From the NCBI GenBank assembly GCA_910592345.1, contig CAJVPI010000180.1, positions 1-45,113 on the forward strand: a stretch of 45,113 bases of DNA. Direction: 5' to 3'. Every line of letters starts with the position of its first letter. Positions within the stretch are counted from its first letter, which is position 1. The translations under genes were made by a program, and so were the position numbers. Below, piece after piece: positions 1-12,178 of this stretch. The notes below the pieces were generated by a model. That model worked only from the letters and a program-made list of their open reading frames with translations, ran no database searches and was not told the origin of the DNA. Source of the stretch: Paraglomus brasilianum. Its lineage: Eukaryota.

Positions 1-230
1 AATTTCTATAAAGAACCAATCATATTCTAATTTAGCTAATTGTATTTGTGCTGACACGCAAAAATCGAAACATTTTTCTAAATTAGTTAATTGCGTTTGT
101 GCTGACACGCAAAAATCGAAACATTTTTCTAAGTTACTTAATTGTGTTTGTGCTGACACGCAAAAATCGAAACATTTTCTGCGCCTGACACTCAAAATTC
201 GACACGGCGCGACGCCGTACTACCATCTAA
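1..230 (+). mobile_element. Possible Helitron 3' end
   Basis: GC hairpin acggcg-cga-cgccgt (204-218), then 8 nt, then CTAA (227-230, fits CTRR); preceded by subterminal tandem repeats. Confidence 0.45.
25..200. repeat. 51-bp tandem repeat, 3 copies plus a partial
   Basis: taattg(n)2tttgtgctgacacgcaaaaatcgaaacatttt(t)ct recurs at 37, 88 and 139; partial ctgacactcaaaattcga near 185-202. Confidence 0.95.
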
Positions 231-382
231 AATCAACATCGTTGATCATGGGATTTTGCTTGACAACCCAATCGCACAAAAATTGAATTATATATTCTTG
301 AGTATATCTAATAGGTCTAAATCCCTAAACACAATACAAATCACATATAACTTCCATAAACACTACAAATAGGTTATATAAA

Positions 383-944
383 ATGGTTAGCTTAAGTGAA
401 AGACGTGGAACCAATTGTACCGATGCTGAATGGGATGAATATTTGGAGATGGGTATTATTTTATCGAATGAGACTCCTACTGAATGGATGGACCGAATTT
501 GGTCTTGCTTACAGCATTTCAAAGAGAATGATCTCTTACCTACTAATAGCAAAAAATATCTTGAAACCAAAAAATTAATAACATATTGGTCCGAGGTTAA
601 TGGATTTTGGAAACCTGAAATTGGAATTGCTATCTGCTTCTCTTGTAACCAATTGGGCTACCCATTGTACAAGAAACACATATTGTGGGGTAAATTATGA
701 TGAGTATTTATTGAAAATCGAGCAAAAATCCATTTCAAGATATGGGTTGTGAGAACAGAATGCTATCAAAAAGGTTAAACGTGCAAGAGAAGTTGGAAAA
801 AAGATCCGAGCTATAAATATCATATCTCAAAAATGGCTCGAATATATGTATAAACCCGATGGTCTCTGTGCTTTAGAATTAGCATTACATTACCAATTAT
901 TCTGGGCAGTTCGAGAAAAAATGCGACAAGTTAACAATGTATAA
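383..944 (+). pseudogene. Frameshifted hypothetical gene of the virus-like module
   Basis: ORF 383-700 (MVSLSERRGTNC...CFSCNQ) continues in another frame as QNAIKKVKRAREVGKKIRAINIISQKWLEYMYKPDGLC...NNV* (TAA 942-944); intronless. Confidence 0.6.
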
Positions 945-1218
945 TACACATATCTATTTATCTGATTAATATATCCATTTATTATATAACTTATTCATAT
1001 ATATATATATCTATTTAAAATAAAACCACCTAAAGTATTCCTTGATGGCTAGTACTTTAGACTTTCTTTCGTTATCCTTGAAGGCTGGTAGCATTTTTTT
1101 CCCCAGAAATATATTTCATAATTTTCATGAAAAATTTCAATTTTTTTCCCGCGCTGTAAAATACAATATTAGTTTCTCGATACTATATATCAGTTGCAAA
1201 GCAACGACTCAAAGAGCC

Positions 1219-1735
1219 ATGAAATTCAATAAAGCATATTCAGATCTGATTTGCCAATTGCCTCCCTCAATAGCACATGAAGCCTGGATGCGACTAATTT
1301 CTCGAAAACAAAATCCAATGACAGAGGATGAGGCTAGTACTATAAATCCCATAGTCGAGTCACTTTTAAGACATGAGGTAAATATATATCAAAAAAAGTT
1401 AAAGCACCAGAGACGAAGTTGGCCATTACTTGAAAATTTACAAACTATGTATAATATAAACATGACCGATCAAGAAACTCAAATCCAAGATACTACTGTC
1501 CCAAATTTAGCCTCATGTAACCATGAAAAAAGAAATAAATGACCAAGTTATGAAAAAGCTTGAAATTACACATCGGCAATTACTTGAACTTCATATCGAT
1601 GTATTTAATAATTTTTTTATACAGGATATAACTCGTGATTATGAAAGCGGATTAATGAAAATAAAAAATTGCGATGAGAAATCGAACAACAAAAGATACA
1701 ATTACAAGAGGCAGAAAAATGTCTCGCATATCTGA
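1219..1735 (+). pseudogene. Frameshifted hypothetical gene (MKFNKAYSDLICQLP...) of the virus-like module
   Basis: ATG 1219; ORFs 1042-1542 and 1523-1735 overlap at an A-run near 1530. Confidence 0.5.
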
Positions 1736-1744
1736 AGTCACGCT

Positions 1745-2502
1745 CTATTCATCAAGTTGACTAATTGGCATATCCCAACTAACACGTATTCTATGCGGGT
1801 GTTCTGGAGATACACTTAAATCGAAGACAATAAATTTCTGTTCACATATATGCTTATTAACAATTTTATAGACACTGCGCCAGTCATTAGCATATAAACG
1901 AAGTATTCTGCTTAACTCATCTGAGGTACAAGAGCCGTTAAAAAGTACAACATATTTTAAGTTTTTTCTTACTAGTGTTAGGCAGTCAAAATAGCTTTGT
2001 GAAACATATATCGAAGAAACATTGGAATGGCGCCCCTCAGTAAAATAGGGTATAATCTTTTCTTTGGATCAGCACATAGATCCTCGAATATAACTACTGT
2101 ACCTCTTTCTGGAGAGAATGAATCTAGTTTTGGAGTTTTATCAAGCTTCATAGTCCGAAATGTAATATCTTTACGATGTGGCTCTGGACTATTTGCAATT
2201 ATTTGAAAAGCCGATTTAAGGTACATATATTTGGGTTCCTTGAGATGATGACCAATAAGTATAACATCATCACACTTAATATCTCGGCTTCCTTCTTTTT
2301 TCCCATTAAATATCCAATAGAGTTTATTTCCAAGCAAAAGATTAATAACTTCAGTAGTTTTGCCTGAGTTAGTCCGACCTGAAATTAATAATGTAAAAGG
2401 CCATTGAGGACTTGAGTTTTTCGAGTTATATTTTTCTGGATTCTTGTATTCGTCGATATGATATGCAAACCTCTCGACTGGTTCAAGTTTTTCTATTTTC
2501 AT
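1745..2502 (-). pseudogene. A32-like FtsK/HerA DNA-packaging ATPase (Polinton/Maverick-like), one frameshift
   Basis: Walker [13 protein letters not shown], Walker B VVIFEDL; after a frameshift near 2060 the frame reads [39 protein letters not shown]...FIVFDL...QLDE*, giving the GRH, hhhhQ and R motifs. Confidence 0.85.
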
Positions 2503-2632
2503 CTTGATCAAGCTACGCCACTAATTATTATATCAAAAAATAATGGCACAGATTACTATTCCTAAACATATATATACATTAATTTTGTTTATCGTTTTTG
2601 ATTTATAAATTAAATATTACAGCGAATATAAA

Positions 2633-3094
2633 ATGACTGAACTTCGTGAACAACTTTCCGAATTTATAGGTTTCAACCTGATGAGATTCGTTTTCCAGAA
2701 ACAGAGAGATCAACGAACGACTATTTCGAAAAATTATTGCAGATCAAAGAATGGCAACCAATATTATGATAGATGATTTTCATTTCTTGCTCGTACTGGA
2801 TATAATGGTAAAGGAGGTCGATTAATACATATCGGGCGGTTAATATGTGTAATACGGAAAGAATGTGAAAAAGTTTTGTTAAATATCCCTCATGACATTA
2901 CTAATAAAATCATAACGCATCGTCAATATAAATTCAAAGATATTCCATTGGCACCAACAGTAAGGTATCCGAATATCCCACGCAATTGGATTCAGAGTGT
3001 GATATTATTTAGCCATGCTAGCTTCCAGCTAATGAGATGGTATCAATTATCGTGTTTATCAATATTGATATTTTGTAGACTCGAAGAGCTATGA
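2633..3094 (+). pseudogene. Disrupted hypothetical ORF in the virus-like module
   Basis: ATG 2633 (MTELREQLSEF) with broken frames leading into ORF 2876-3094. Confidence 0.35.
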
Positions 3095-3800
3095 TTTGGA
3101 GAATTGCCTATAGCTTGCTCTGCAATATGTAACCTTTTTCGATTATGTGGAAGCAAATCACAAGTATAGGGTATAATGATTAATGTAATACCTTCTCGCT
3201 CGCATATATCCCGCTTTTTTTGATCGCGCTTCCTTTGATTATCTAGATCATTTTTGTTTTTGTGATATAAACTATTGCGATGATAATGTTGGACTCCGTT
3301 ATATTCCCATGCTAATTTTAGCTCTTTGTTATAACCATCCAAACGCACCCTTCTAGAATTTCTTACCCAGTAGATCCTCAAAAATATATCGACAACTTCT
3401 TTCACGGGTGTGTGGGCAAACTGGGCACCATTCGAATTTCTGCTTCTGGATTTTATAAGGTGCATACCATTGATGGGGTCCATTTTCACATGTCCAGAGA
3501 TATACGTTGAATCCATTTATATAACCAGTTTTTCCAAGACAAACCCCACCACGTCGCTCTGCATAAGCCTTTATAATAGCACGAATGAAATTAACAGATT
3601 TGGAACGAGTATTTTCTTCTAATATACTCTGAGTCGGATACTGAAGTTTTTCTAGATCAACTAGCATTAATTCTTCACGTACAAACCCACGTGTTGGTGC
3701 GAATTCTCCATCTAAATAATGTAAAACTGGTTTGTTTTTCGTTACCACGATTTTTGCGGATTTTATGAATAGAAGGCGAAAATACTGGGTCTGCGTGATT
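3043..3800 (-). pseudogene. Polinton-type integrase C-terminal fragment fused to Zn-ribbon + PD-(D/E)XK (Vsr/restriction-like) endonuclease
   Basis: ADPVFSPSIHKIRK/IVVTKNKPVLHYLDGEFAPTRGFVREELMLV (integrase tail), then WTCENGPHQW...WCPVC, then after a break RLDGYNKELKLAWEYNGVQHY...RDQKKRDICEREGITLIIIPY. Confidence 0.7.
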
Positions 3801-4680
3801 GGCTGTACTATATTTGTGTAACATAATGGATATAGGACTTTTTATACAGTTTAAAGTCTTAAAAGAATGCTAAATTTTCTGTACAAAAAGAAAAAGGACA
3901 AACCAGTCTGCACATTCTTAACACCCGCTTAATATTAAGCGTCCTGACAGAAGTGATCCCGCTAATCCCACAAGTTTGGAACAAGCAATTTTAAACGTTC
4001 TTCAAAGACATTGAAATTTCGAACAGAAAAAACATAATCGGGCCCTTCATTGGACACTCAGATGGCTTCTCCTCTATAAATAGAAATATTATGGACTGTA
4101 CACGTGTTGGGTTGTGCGACATGGCAGGGCAGGCAAATTCCTCTTTCCAGAAAAAACTCGTTTGGCCCATGTATTATTTGTTTGAAGGTAAGTTTCGAAG
4201 GTTCACTGAAGACGCTTACCGGAAAGCCCTACAGCATGGAACCTTAGATTCTACATGGGTATTAAATGGTCAATGGATACAATATCCAAAGACTTTTGTA
4301 TCTGATTGGATCATTGAATAGAATTTAACACTTCCATAATATGATTTGATTAATCAAATATAATAATAATAATAAAGATACCCCATTTATTTGAAATAAA
4401 ATTGGTTTCTTAATCTGAATAATATGCAAAATACAAAATTTCCCAACGGAAAAAGCTGGGGTCTAAACTCACTAAAGTGCTACTAGAAACAGTTAATTAC
4501 AGATGCAGAGGAAAGAAATAACTTGTAAAGTGTACAAATTAATCAATGGAAAACCATTGAAAATGAATATAAAATATAACATATTGCTGGGTTTCTCTCA
4601 ATAAGTATTTTATGGTTTCAAGCCCTTGTTCGACAATCAGTGTGGGCTTTTCTTAAAACTGATTGGCCGATGTTATTCGT

Positions 4681-6087
4681 TCAGGAAAGGCTCTTGTACA
4701 AAGAACCACTCACATCTAGTTTTAGTAAACCGCCGGTATAGCAACTTGCTGCAAAGTCACCCCAATTGCTTGTGTCTCCCAAAAAGGTTTTTCTTCTTGC
4801 AATTTTGACCAATTCAGCATGCCACGTCCAAGTGTTTACGAATTTCCAGCAATACATAGTATCCAGCAACTCTTTCATCATTTCACGAAATTCATCATAT
4901 CCTTTCATTGGAAATCCCCATTGAATAACACCATATTCGATCATCGATTTAAAATCCTCTTCGCATGTGCACATACTCAGGTAATAATGTATCGCACTGT
5001 GAATGTAAGCAGCTTTCCCCGAGACTATCTCATATATGAGAAGGTTCTTCAACACCTTAAAGCGGAATGGATCAAGGGTGAGGGTCGTGTAGTAATATGT
5101 CTTGTGCAAGGCATCCACGTAACAGACGTATGCACCATTGCTAACCCGTTTCATAGGGATTCTATGCTGCACGTATTCATTAAACCCGAATTGCAAAAAC
5201 GTCCCATCGGTATGGCTGGCTTTATCGAAATTTTTGTATTGCCCAGCTGTTTGACGATAAAGATTTTCAATAAAGCTGACTTCGGTGTCCAGAGGCTGGA
5301 TTGAGCCACCAGATACCAGGAAAGGCGAAGCACCCATGATGATTCTACAAATGGAATATGGCGAATAAGTGAAAATCGGTTACAATCATGAGATAGTCGG
5401 AAGAATTATACTTACGCCTTTATATCATCGGTCGCGTTGGTGTACCTGTAATATTAATAGTAACGGACATACATGTTTAAGATCTCTGTGTATTACGGAG
5501 GGGAACAAGAAGAGATTGTTTTTGTACTAGTACAATATCTAGTGTACGTACGGATTGAAAGGCAACTGCAATGTCGTTTGAGCCTTCATCAAGAAATCAT
5601 TCAACAAAACTTTCCACGGTATCGTTGTGAAAGGATTCGAAAGATCCAATACGGCGCCCTTGTAATCGGATACGGCAGCGATGGCCGAGGTGAGACGGTC
5701 TTCGGGTACAGCGGAGAGACATCGTCGAAATTGGAGGGAATACGCCAGCAATCTTGACACCAGTTGGATCACGGTTCCTGTCGCGTAGGTTTGCGGTTCG
5801 TTGATGGTAATGCAGCTCAATCTACTGATAAGTTGATCAACACCCTCTGGGGTTGAAAGCGAGGGTAATTGACGTTTTTTCTCCTCCAACAACAACATAC
5901 GCTGTGTCTCTTTGTTATGGGGCAATATTCCACCCTTGTAAGACTTTGCAATGAATTCGGCGATTTTCACTCCTTCTACAAAGCGGACCCCGGGGGATTT
6001 TGGTTCATCGACATGTCCTTGCAAGAGATCCAAAAGGCCGGCTAAATTGGCATCAAGGAGAATCTCCAATGGTTGATTTTGTGTCAT
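4681..6087 (-). CDS. Hypothetical protein, about 410 aa, 3 exons
   Basis: Exons 6087-5552, 5445-5416 and 5344-4681 join in frame through GT-AG introns (...PFNP|YTNATDDIKA|IIMGASPF...); no family recognised. Confidence 0.75.
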
Positions 6088-7899
6088 ATGTATTGATGTA
6101 TCTTGTAAAAGCGGGTTGATAAACGTTCAATAGTATGATGCTTCAAAGACTGTCCAGTGCCTTCTTATAATAATCGAAAGATGCCTAAATTTATCAAGTC
6201 ATTTTCCAGATGGAATTTCCGTCAGGTACACTTGATGTTTGTTGTTGAGCTGAAACATTAATGTGGAATGTATTTAATTGACTTACGTAATTATAAATTC
6301 AAAGAAACTAATTTTGTGGTGTGCAGCGTAACCGTTACACAATAAACGTTGCGTTACTATTACTATTTATTACTTTATGGAATTCCCTACAAGAAGCAGC
6401 AGTTTTGTGCAGACCATATTCTAGAAAAAATTATAATTTAGGCACAACGGCTAACCTTTATTGTTTGGGCGAACGTTTTTGTGCATCCTTTATTGCTAAG
6501 CTGTAATCATCGCTCTGACAAAGAGGACAAGTTGCGGGTGTCACAAAGAAAAATATTGTCAATGATTGGTTATTTGAAAACGAGGCAACTTCTTATCCGG
6601 GTAAAAGCAGAATGGCCATAGCGTCACAGTCAGGGATCAATTGGTCTACAAAAAGTTTATGGAAATCATACGCGTAACGTTGTTGCTAGGGTGACAAACC
6701 AGTTCGCGACTAACTATCGAATTCGTTAATTTAAGCATTGCCTAAATGACAACGAACAGTTTGGTTACATTACACTGCAGAGGGATTTGCTCCATAAAAT
6801 ATCTTACAAGACCATCTTGAGACTTTAAATTTACCAACAATAAGTAATGACAGGGGTGTCTATGTCGTATCATGCATTACATGACCAATCAAAACGTAAA
6901 GCAGGGGTGCATTTTGTGAACGGATCTACGCTTGTGTTATTTCTTTGTTGCAAATAATATATTTCTTTGTCGATCCTCACCATTTTTGACATTTCTCACA
7001 TAACGATGACTGTCCGAACGATTCGGCTTCTCCAATCAGCCTTTATGAGGGAGTGGCATGCATGCATAAAGACGAGCCTGCGCTTTGTTCTAAATGGTTT
7101 GCATTGCCTATTAACATCGCTAACCGTTCATACTACAAGTTCGGAGTTGGAAAATCACCCATCCACTTGTACAACGCAGCCAAACAGTCAATTTGCAGTA
7201 CAATTAATATTGTATTTATTGGTTCATATTAATGGTTAGGAAAGAAATAAAAAAGTCAACTGTACAATGAACATGCTTTGTCAAATTACTTTTCTGGTGA
7301 ATAAGCAATAAAGGTGCTCACATAGACTGCTGGTCTGCTGTGTCTATAATATGACTTCTCGTGGCATACACAGAAAGTAATTGGGGATCGACGCTATGCT
7401 GTGCTGCGCATGCTCATCATGAGTACCTTACCAATGATCACCACCACATATTACATAATTAATTGTGAGACTTTCCTACATTCTAAGTATGTTTCCCACA
7501 TGTCTTTCTGTTTATGTGCTCTAATTCTACTATTATCATCCATCAGTTTCAGTTGAAAGATGATATTCGCTGTGGTCTGAACGACATTCTCGATATTGCC
7601 AAGAAACGGTATAATATGCTTATAATGCGGTTGTCCGCTGGAGTCGATACCGCCGTTTCTACACTAAAGATTCGCATATTGGTCCCATCACGACGGTATT
7701 GAAGCTTTGCGCGGATGTTCGTGTAGGAAAAGACATTAATGAGCGTGAGGACAAGAGACTTCAAAGATCATGCGTATGGGTGAACGCAAATTCGTGCGAA
7801 CTGTCGTGCGTATTGGAGCATTAACTGCTAGGTATGATTGTTATTTTCGATTTGATTTATTTATTTTAACTAATTTTGGAGACAAGATAATTAATCAAA

Positions 7900-8811
7900 A
7901 CATAGGAATCAGCAAAGAAATTCGTCTTTGTCATTTCGATCCTTGCGACAAACGATGATAATTCGTTTTCAAAATCCACGTGGACCGTTTCTATATCACC
8001 CATCTCCATAATCCATCAATGCTTTCTGCACCCATAAGCCTGTTATTACTCGAAAAAAAAAAAGGCATAACAATAAGTGACAGAATAACGTCCGATTGTA
8101 AGCTTACGTATATTCGCAAAGCTAATGAATGGAAATTTTCATGGGTTTACGAGACGCAAAAACAACCCAAGCGGATAGTTCTATTCATGCAGTTTCCATC
8201 GATCCTGGCGTTCGTACACCCTTCACATGGTACTCTCCTACCAAAGGTGTAGGTAAAATTGGCCAATACGACATTGGACGAATTATTCGCCTATGCAAGC
8301 ATATGGATAATCTTTCTATAAAGGACAAGCTAGTTCAAAACGTAAGAAGAAACAGGTGATAAGGCAATCTTTCGGATGCGAAGTTCATAAAAAGAGTGTC
8401 GCATTTTACACTCGCGAATTCGATGCCATTATCATCCCTCCTTTTGAGGTGTCGAACATGGTAAATCGAAAAACAAGAAGGACAACACGAAAAACTGTTC
8501 TGTTGGGCCACTATCAATTTCGCCAATGCCTGGTAGAAGAATTAGGGGTCCGTGTTATTATCCAAAATGAGGCCTATACTTCGAAAACTTGCAGCTGGTG
8601 TGGGAGCGTTCAAAAAATAGGAGGGTCCGAAATGTACAAGTGCCGAAATTGTGGAACTATAATGGATCGAGATGAAAATGGCGCTCGGGGAATCTTCCTC
8701 CGGGCATTGCTTGATGGAGACTTGATTCTCTCCGGGGAAATAGTAGTAATAATGCCTACTATTGATGTGTTACAATCCATCCGACGAATACAGCTTTCCC
8801 TATCGTTTTAA
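7900..8811 (+). pseudogene. Fanzor2 / IS607-type TnpB RNA-guided nuclease remnant
   Basis: RuvC-I SIDPGVRTPFT (D 8201), IIIPPF with relocated RuvC-II Glu in QNEAYTSKTC (E 8569), Zn finger CSWC/CRNC, RuvC-III DRDENGARGI (D 8671); several frameshifts/deletions and 5' truncation. Confidence 0.9.
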
Positions 8812-8835
8812 TCCCAACGATTGGTCATTTTAGTA
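8735..8835 (+). ncRNA. Candidate Fanzor omegaRNA scaffold
   Basis: Consecutive stems at the 3' end of the nuclease: aatagtag/ctactatt (8739-8763), gatg/catc (8764-8781), atcgtt/aacgat (8802-8821). Confidence 0.5.
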
Positions 8836-8911
8836 AAACAAAGAGTTCCAATTAAATTTATTTCAGGCTTTGTTATTGTCATCAAATTTTATCGCAAATA
8901 TGCGTGTTGCT

Positions 8912-11900
8912 TTATGGAGAAACTGTTGATTCCAATAATGCCAAAAATTTTCTTATGTCATTCAATAGCCCATTTACTCCGTTATCGTCAAATATATAGT
9001 CGTCTGGATGCCACTTGGGCGCCTCACCGGCTTCGAGAGACCAGTTGTACGCAAAATCATCATCCCACTGTTGTCTGTAAAGCTGTTGCGATACAATAAA
9101 AAGGCCAAATAACATGTGACTCGATCAGTAAAATCCGACAAGATTAAATAATACACTTTATAATCAAAAGCTTACCGTTACACCATATGTAGTAACTTTG
9201 TCTTCGCTGCTAAGTACGATCTCTATGCCAGGTGCATAGTCTGTCATCTTTTTACAATCCCAGAAGTCGTATCTGGTTACTTCAACAACATACTCTCTCT
9301 CCCACCAGAATTTCCATTTTGTTTTCTCACATACGGATTGTACCACGTATTCGTTGGTATTCGCATAAATCAAGTGTTTCATCGGACTAGTGTGTGCGAT
9401 ATCGAGTATGAGATAGTGTAGTAAAGATATACTAAATTCACAATAATGGTATAAATCTTACCTCAGATGAAGTTTATAAACAAAAGATCCCTGTGAACTG
9501 TTAATTGAATTTGGCAAACGTTTAGAGCACTTTAACTGTAGTTTCCAGGAATAATCGCTATAAAACAAAGAAAAGGTTGCGTCAGTCCAACAACTCAATA
9601 AGTAATGCAACCTGATTGAAACAACGTTGACTTTATCGTATAAACGTACTTTTCTGGACATATCATATTTAATTCCATTATGTTCTTATCATCAATCATG
9701 GCGTGCCATAATCCGATTTTGGCCTCCTTAGCCTCTGGTTTGAAATTTACTTCAAAGACGTATGTAGCAGGCGCTCCAGTTTTTGATTGACTATTTCGAC
9801 TTTGTGTGACAATTTTGTATTCTGTAAACGGAGAGTTGTCCCACTGGTTATCCCTACCAGTTTCCGCATCTTTCTCAGACAGCTTTTCAAAAAGTCTTTC
9901 AAGTTTGGACCGATCTTTTGCAATACTACGGATATGTGAGAATTAATGAACAAGTCTGCCCCCAAGTTGAGTAAACGGTAAAAATCAAAGCTATATAATA
10001 CCAATTAGAAAGTACTGAACATAATCGCGAGTCACGCAGGACTCTATCATTGAATTTATCGATAGGCCACAACGGTTCTTTCGGGTAGTCGGTAATAATG
10101 AGGTGACCAAATCTATAGTTTTGATAGATAGAAGAGTAAATAATGGACCATAACAAGCCAATTGATTCGCCATGATTCTCACGACTACCTGACTCTCATC
10201 TTAATTTTCTCTTGGAACAAATGAACAGCTCCAAGACTTTTATGCAAAGTGTCTCCAAACTTCTTTATATTGGCCTCATTTATCCTAAATATTATTAAAG
10301 TGTTAGAATCACACCAATTATCAACCATCAAAGCCAGATGCAAACTTACTTCTTCATAGCGACAATATCACTTGGGCGTGGGTCGCTCTTTTCCTGCATA
10401 CCATCCTTACCGACGACCGTAATATCACCCCCTTCGAATACAGCCTCGAGTGCTTTGGGAGGAGGAGGGTTATCTTTGGAAGAACCGTCTTTCGCACGTT
10501 GAATGTAGAAATTGTATGGAATCTCAAAGCCTTTGGGAACGTTAGCAAATTTTACTTTACAGGGCCTAGTGGGCTCCTCGATCAAGTGTTGAACCCATCC
10601 CGAACAGGTTCCCAACTCTCTCGGGTTGTCTGTTCGATTGTTTTTCGGGATTCGCCTCCACTATTTTGCATATTAGTAAGTATAGACCGCGAACCAGGAA
10701 AAAAAATGATGAAATCCATAGTGCACAATTTACTCCACTTACAGCAAGGTGTTTCAAGTATATTTGTTTAACACGTCTCGTGGCTTCCTCCACACTTCCA
10801 TAAGAATCACCTGAAATTTCCATAAGCTGGGGGGGGGGGGGGAACGTAAAGGAAAAAATATAAGAAAAAGAACGAGAAAAAAGCAAGTCAGAGAATATGT
10901 TAACACAGAAAGTTATAACGATAGCTGTAAAATGGAGTATTCGTAACTAACATTACTATTGGAGATAAAAACTATAAAGCATCTCGTATCGGCACGCAGT
11001 TGATTCAGCAGAGTATCCGTGTAAACTGCGGAATGTGTAATGTCATCATTTGGTAATAAAAAATATCCGCGAAAGGTTTTCTCTTCCTTGGGAGGCCCCA
11101 CGTAGTTCTTGTGCAACATTTCGCGTTCCCTCCGGCGTTCTTGCTTCCTCTTTTCTTTCTCTGTTAATTCCCTTTCCGGTTTATTCCATTTTGCAGCCCT
11201 TGGGGACCTGGTCCCTGTCTACAAAAAAAAATGAATGTATAAAATATAGTCATATATGATGACCAAATATTACAAGTCTTGCAGGTACAGATTTAGCATA
11301 ACGTGTGATTACCGCAAAAAGGTTTGCAATTTGATTCAATTGCCTGAGGACTTGATCGACGTCTCGACGTACACCCCATATTTCTATTTGCTAGGAAATA
11401 TTTTAATCAAAACCAATATGCAATTTTCTTGATTGTAGTTAACTGTTATCAGCTTATACCAGGAGAGCAGAAGTTCTTGCCGATACAAGTATTAAATGTT
11501 CAAGCTCGTGGCTGGTGTTTGTTTGAGTGTTGATAAACTTAACTCTAAACAATATACCACAACCACGATTTAATTGAATTGGCCAGACTTCTTGGAATAT
11601 GACCAAAACTTACTGAACGCTCTTGATTGTATTCCAACGATGTGTTTGTGCTTTTCGCGATTCTGTTCAAATTCTCCCTTCTGGTTCCTATGACTTTTTC
11701 CGGTTTTACGCTGGCAGGAATCTGGCGAATATCAAATATAAATTAATAATAGCTCGTCGACATTAACAAATATGTCAGTTCGCGTCGGATAAGGTCTAAT
11801 TCTGGATGGTCACATAATCCTCGTACTAACAAAATATATCAGTATCATGTGCTGTCAAACTGTTCAAGCCTAGACTGTCGTGTCTCGTATTTTTGAATTC

Positions 11901-12178
11901 CACGCTTCTTTCTGTCTTTTTCATTCCAACTCCACAGAAAACAAGCAAACCAAGCGTATACATACCAGCCAGATTTCGTCGGGTACTCTCCTCGGAGCTC
12001 CCATAGTCAATACGTCTGGTCGCGGGCCTGTATTGTTGTTGTTATTTTCATTATTCGGCTGACTCCTTCGATTTGTCGACCTTGGAGGGTCCTTCCACAT
12101 CTGCGCTTCCTCCGTTTCATAGTTAACGCTCTCCGTATCTTCATTATCCGCATAAAGACGATAAGGGTTCGCTGACAT
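8912..12178 (-). CDS. Multi-exon protein with two degenerate KH-like domains and a DUF7905-like C-terminal domain
   Basis: Spliced exons give IPASVKPEKVIGTRRENLNRIAKSTNTSLEY..QIEIWG, LNQLRADTRCFIV..LMEISGDSYGSVEEA, LFQEKIKMRVRFGHLII, WKFWWEREYVVEVTR, LYRQQWDDDFAYNWSLEAGEAPKW; ATG 12178, TAA 8912. Confidence 0.75.

Noticed and set aside
25..200. CRISPR-like array
   Set aside because: Units are contiguous with only about 6 variable bases; there are no unique spacers or cas genes
4819..5304. 161-aa plus-strand ORF
   Set aside because: Antisense shadow of the spliced minus-strand gene
6960..7240. Cys-containing small secreted-protein-like frame
   Set aside because: No start codon or intact frame can be supported
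7514..7830. IS607 TnpA recombinase upstream of the Fanzor (DIRCGLNDILDIA resembles DIGSGLN)
   Set aside because: No YARVS or DRLxR motifs; flanked by splice-like signals, so more likely a decayed host exon
10829..10842. G14 run
   Set aside because: It is the poly-C pyrimidine tract of a minus-strand acceptor
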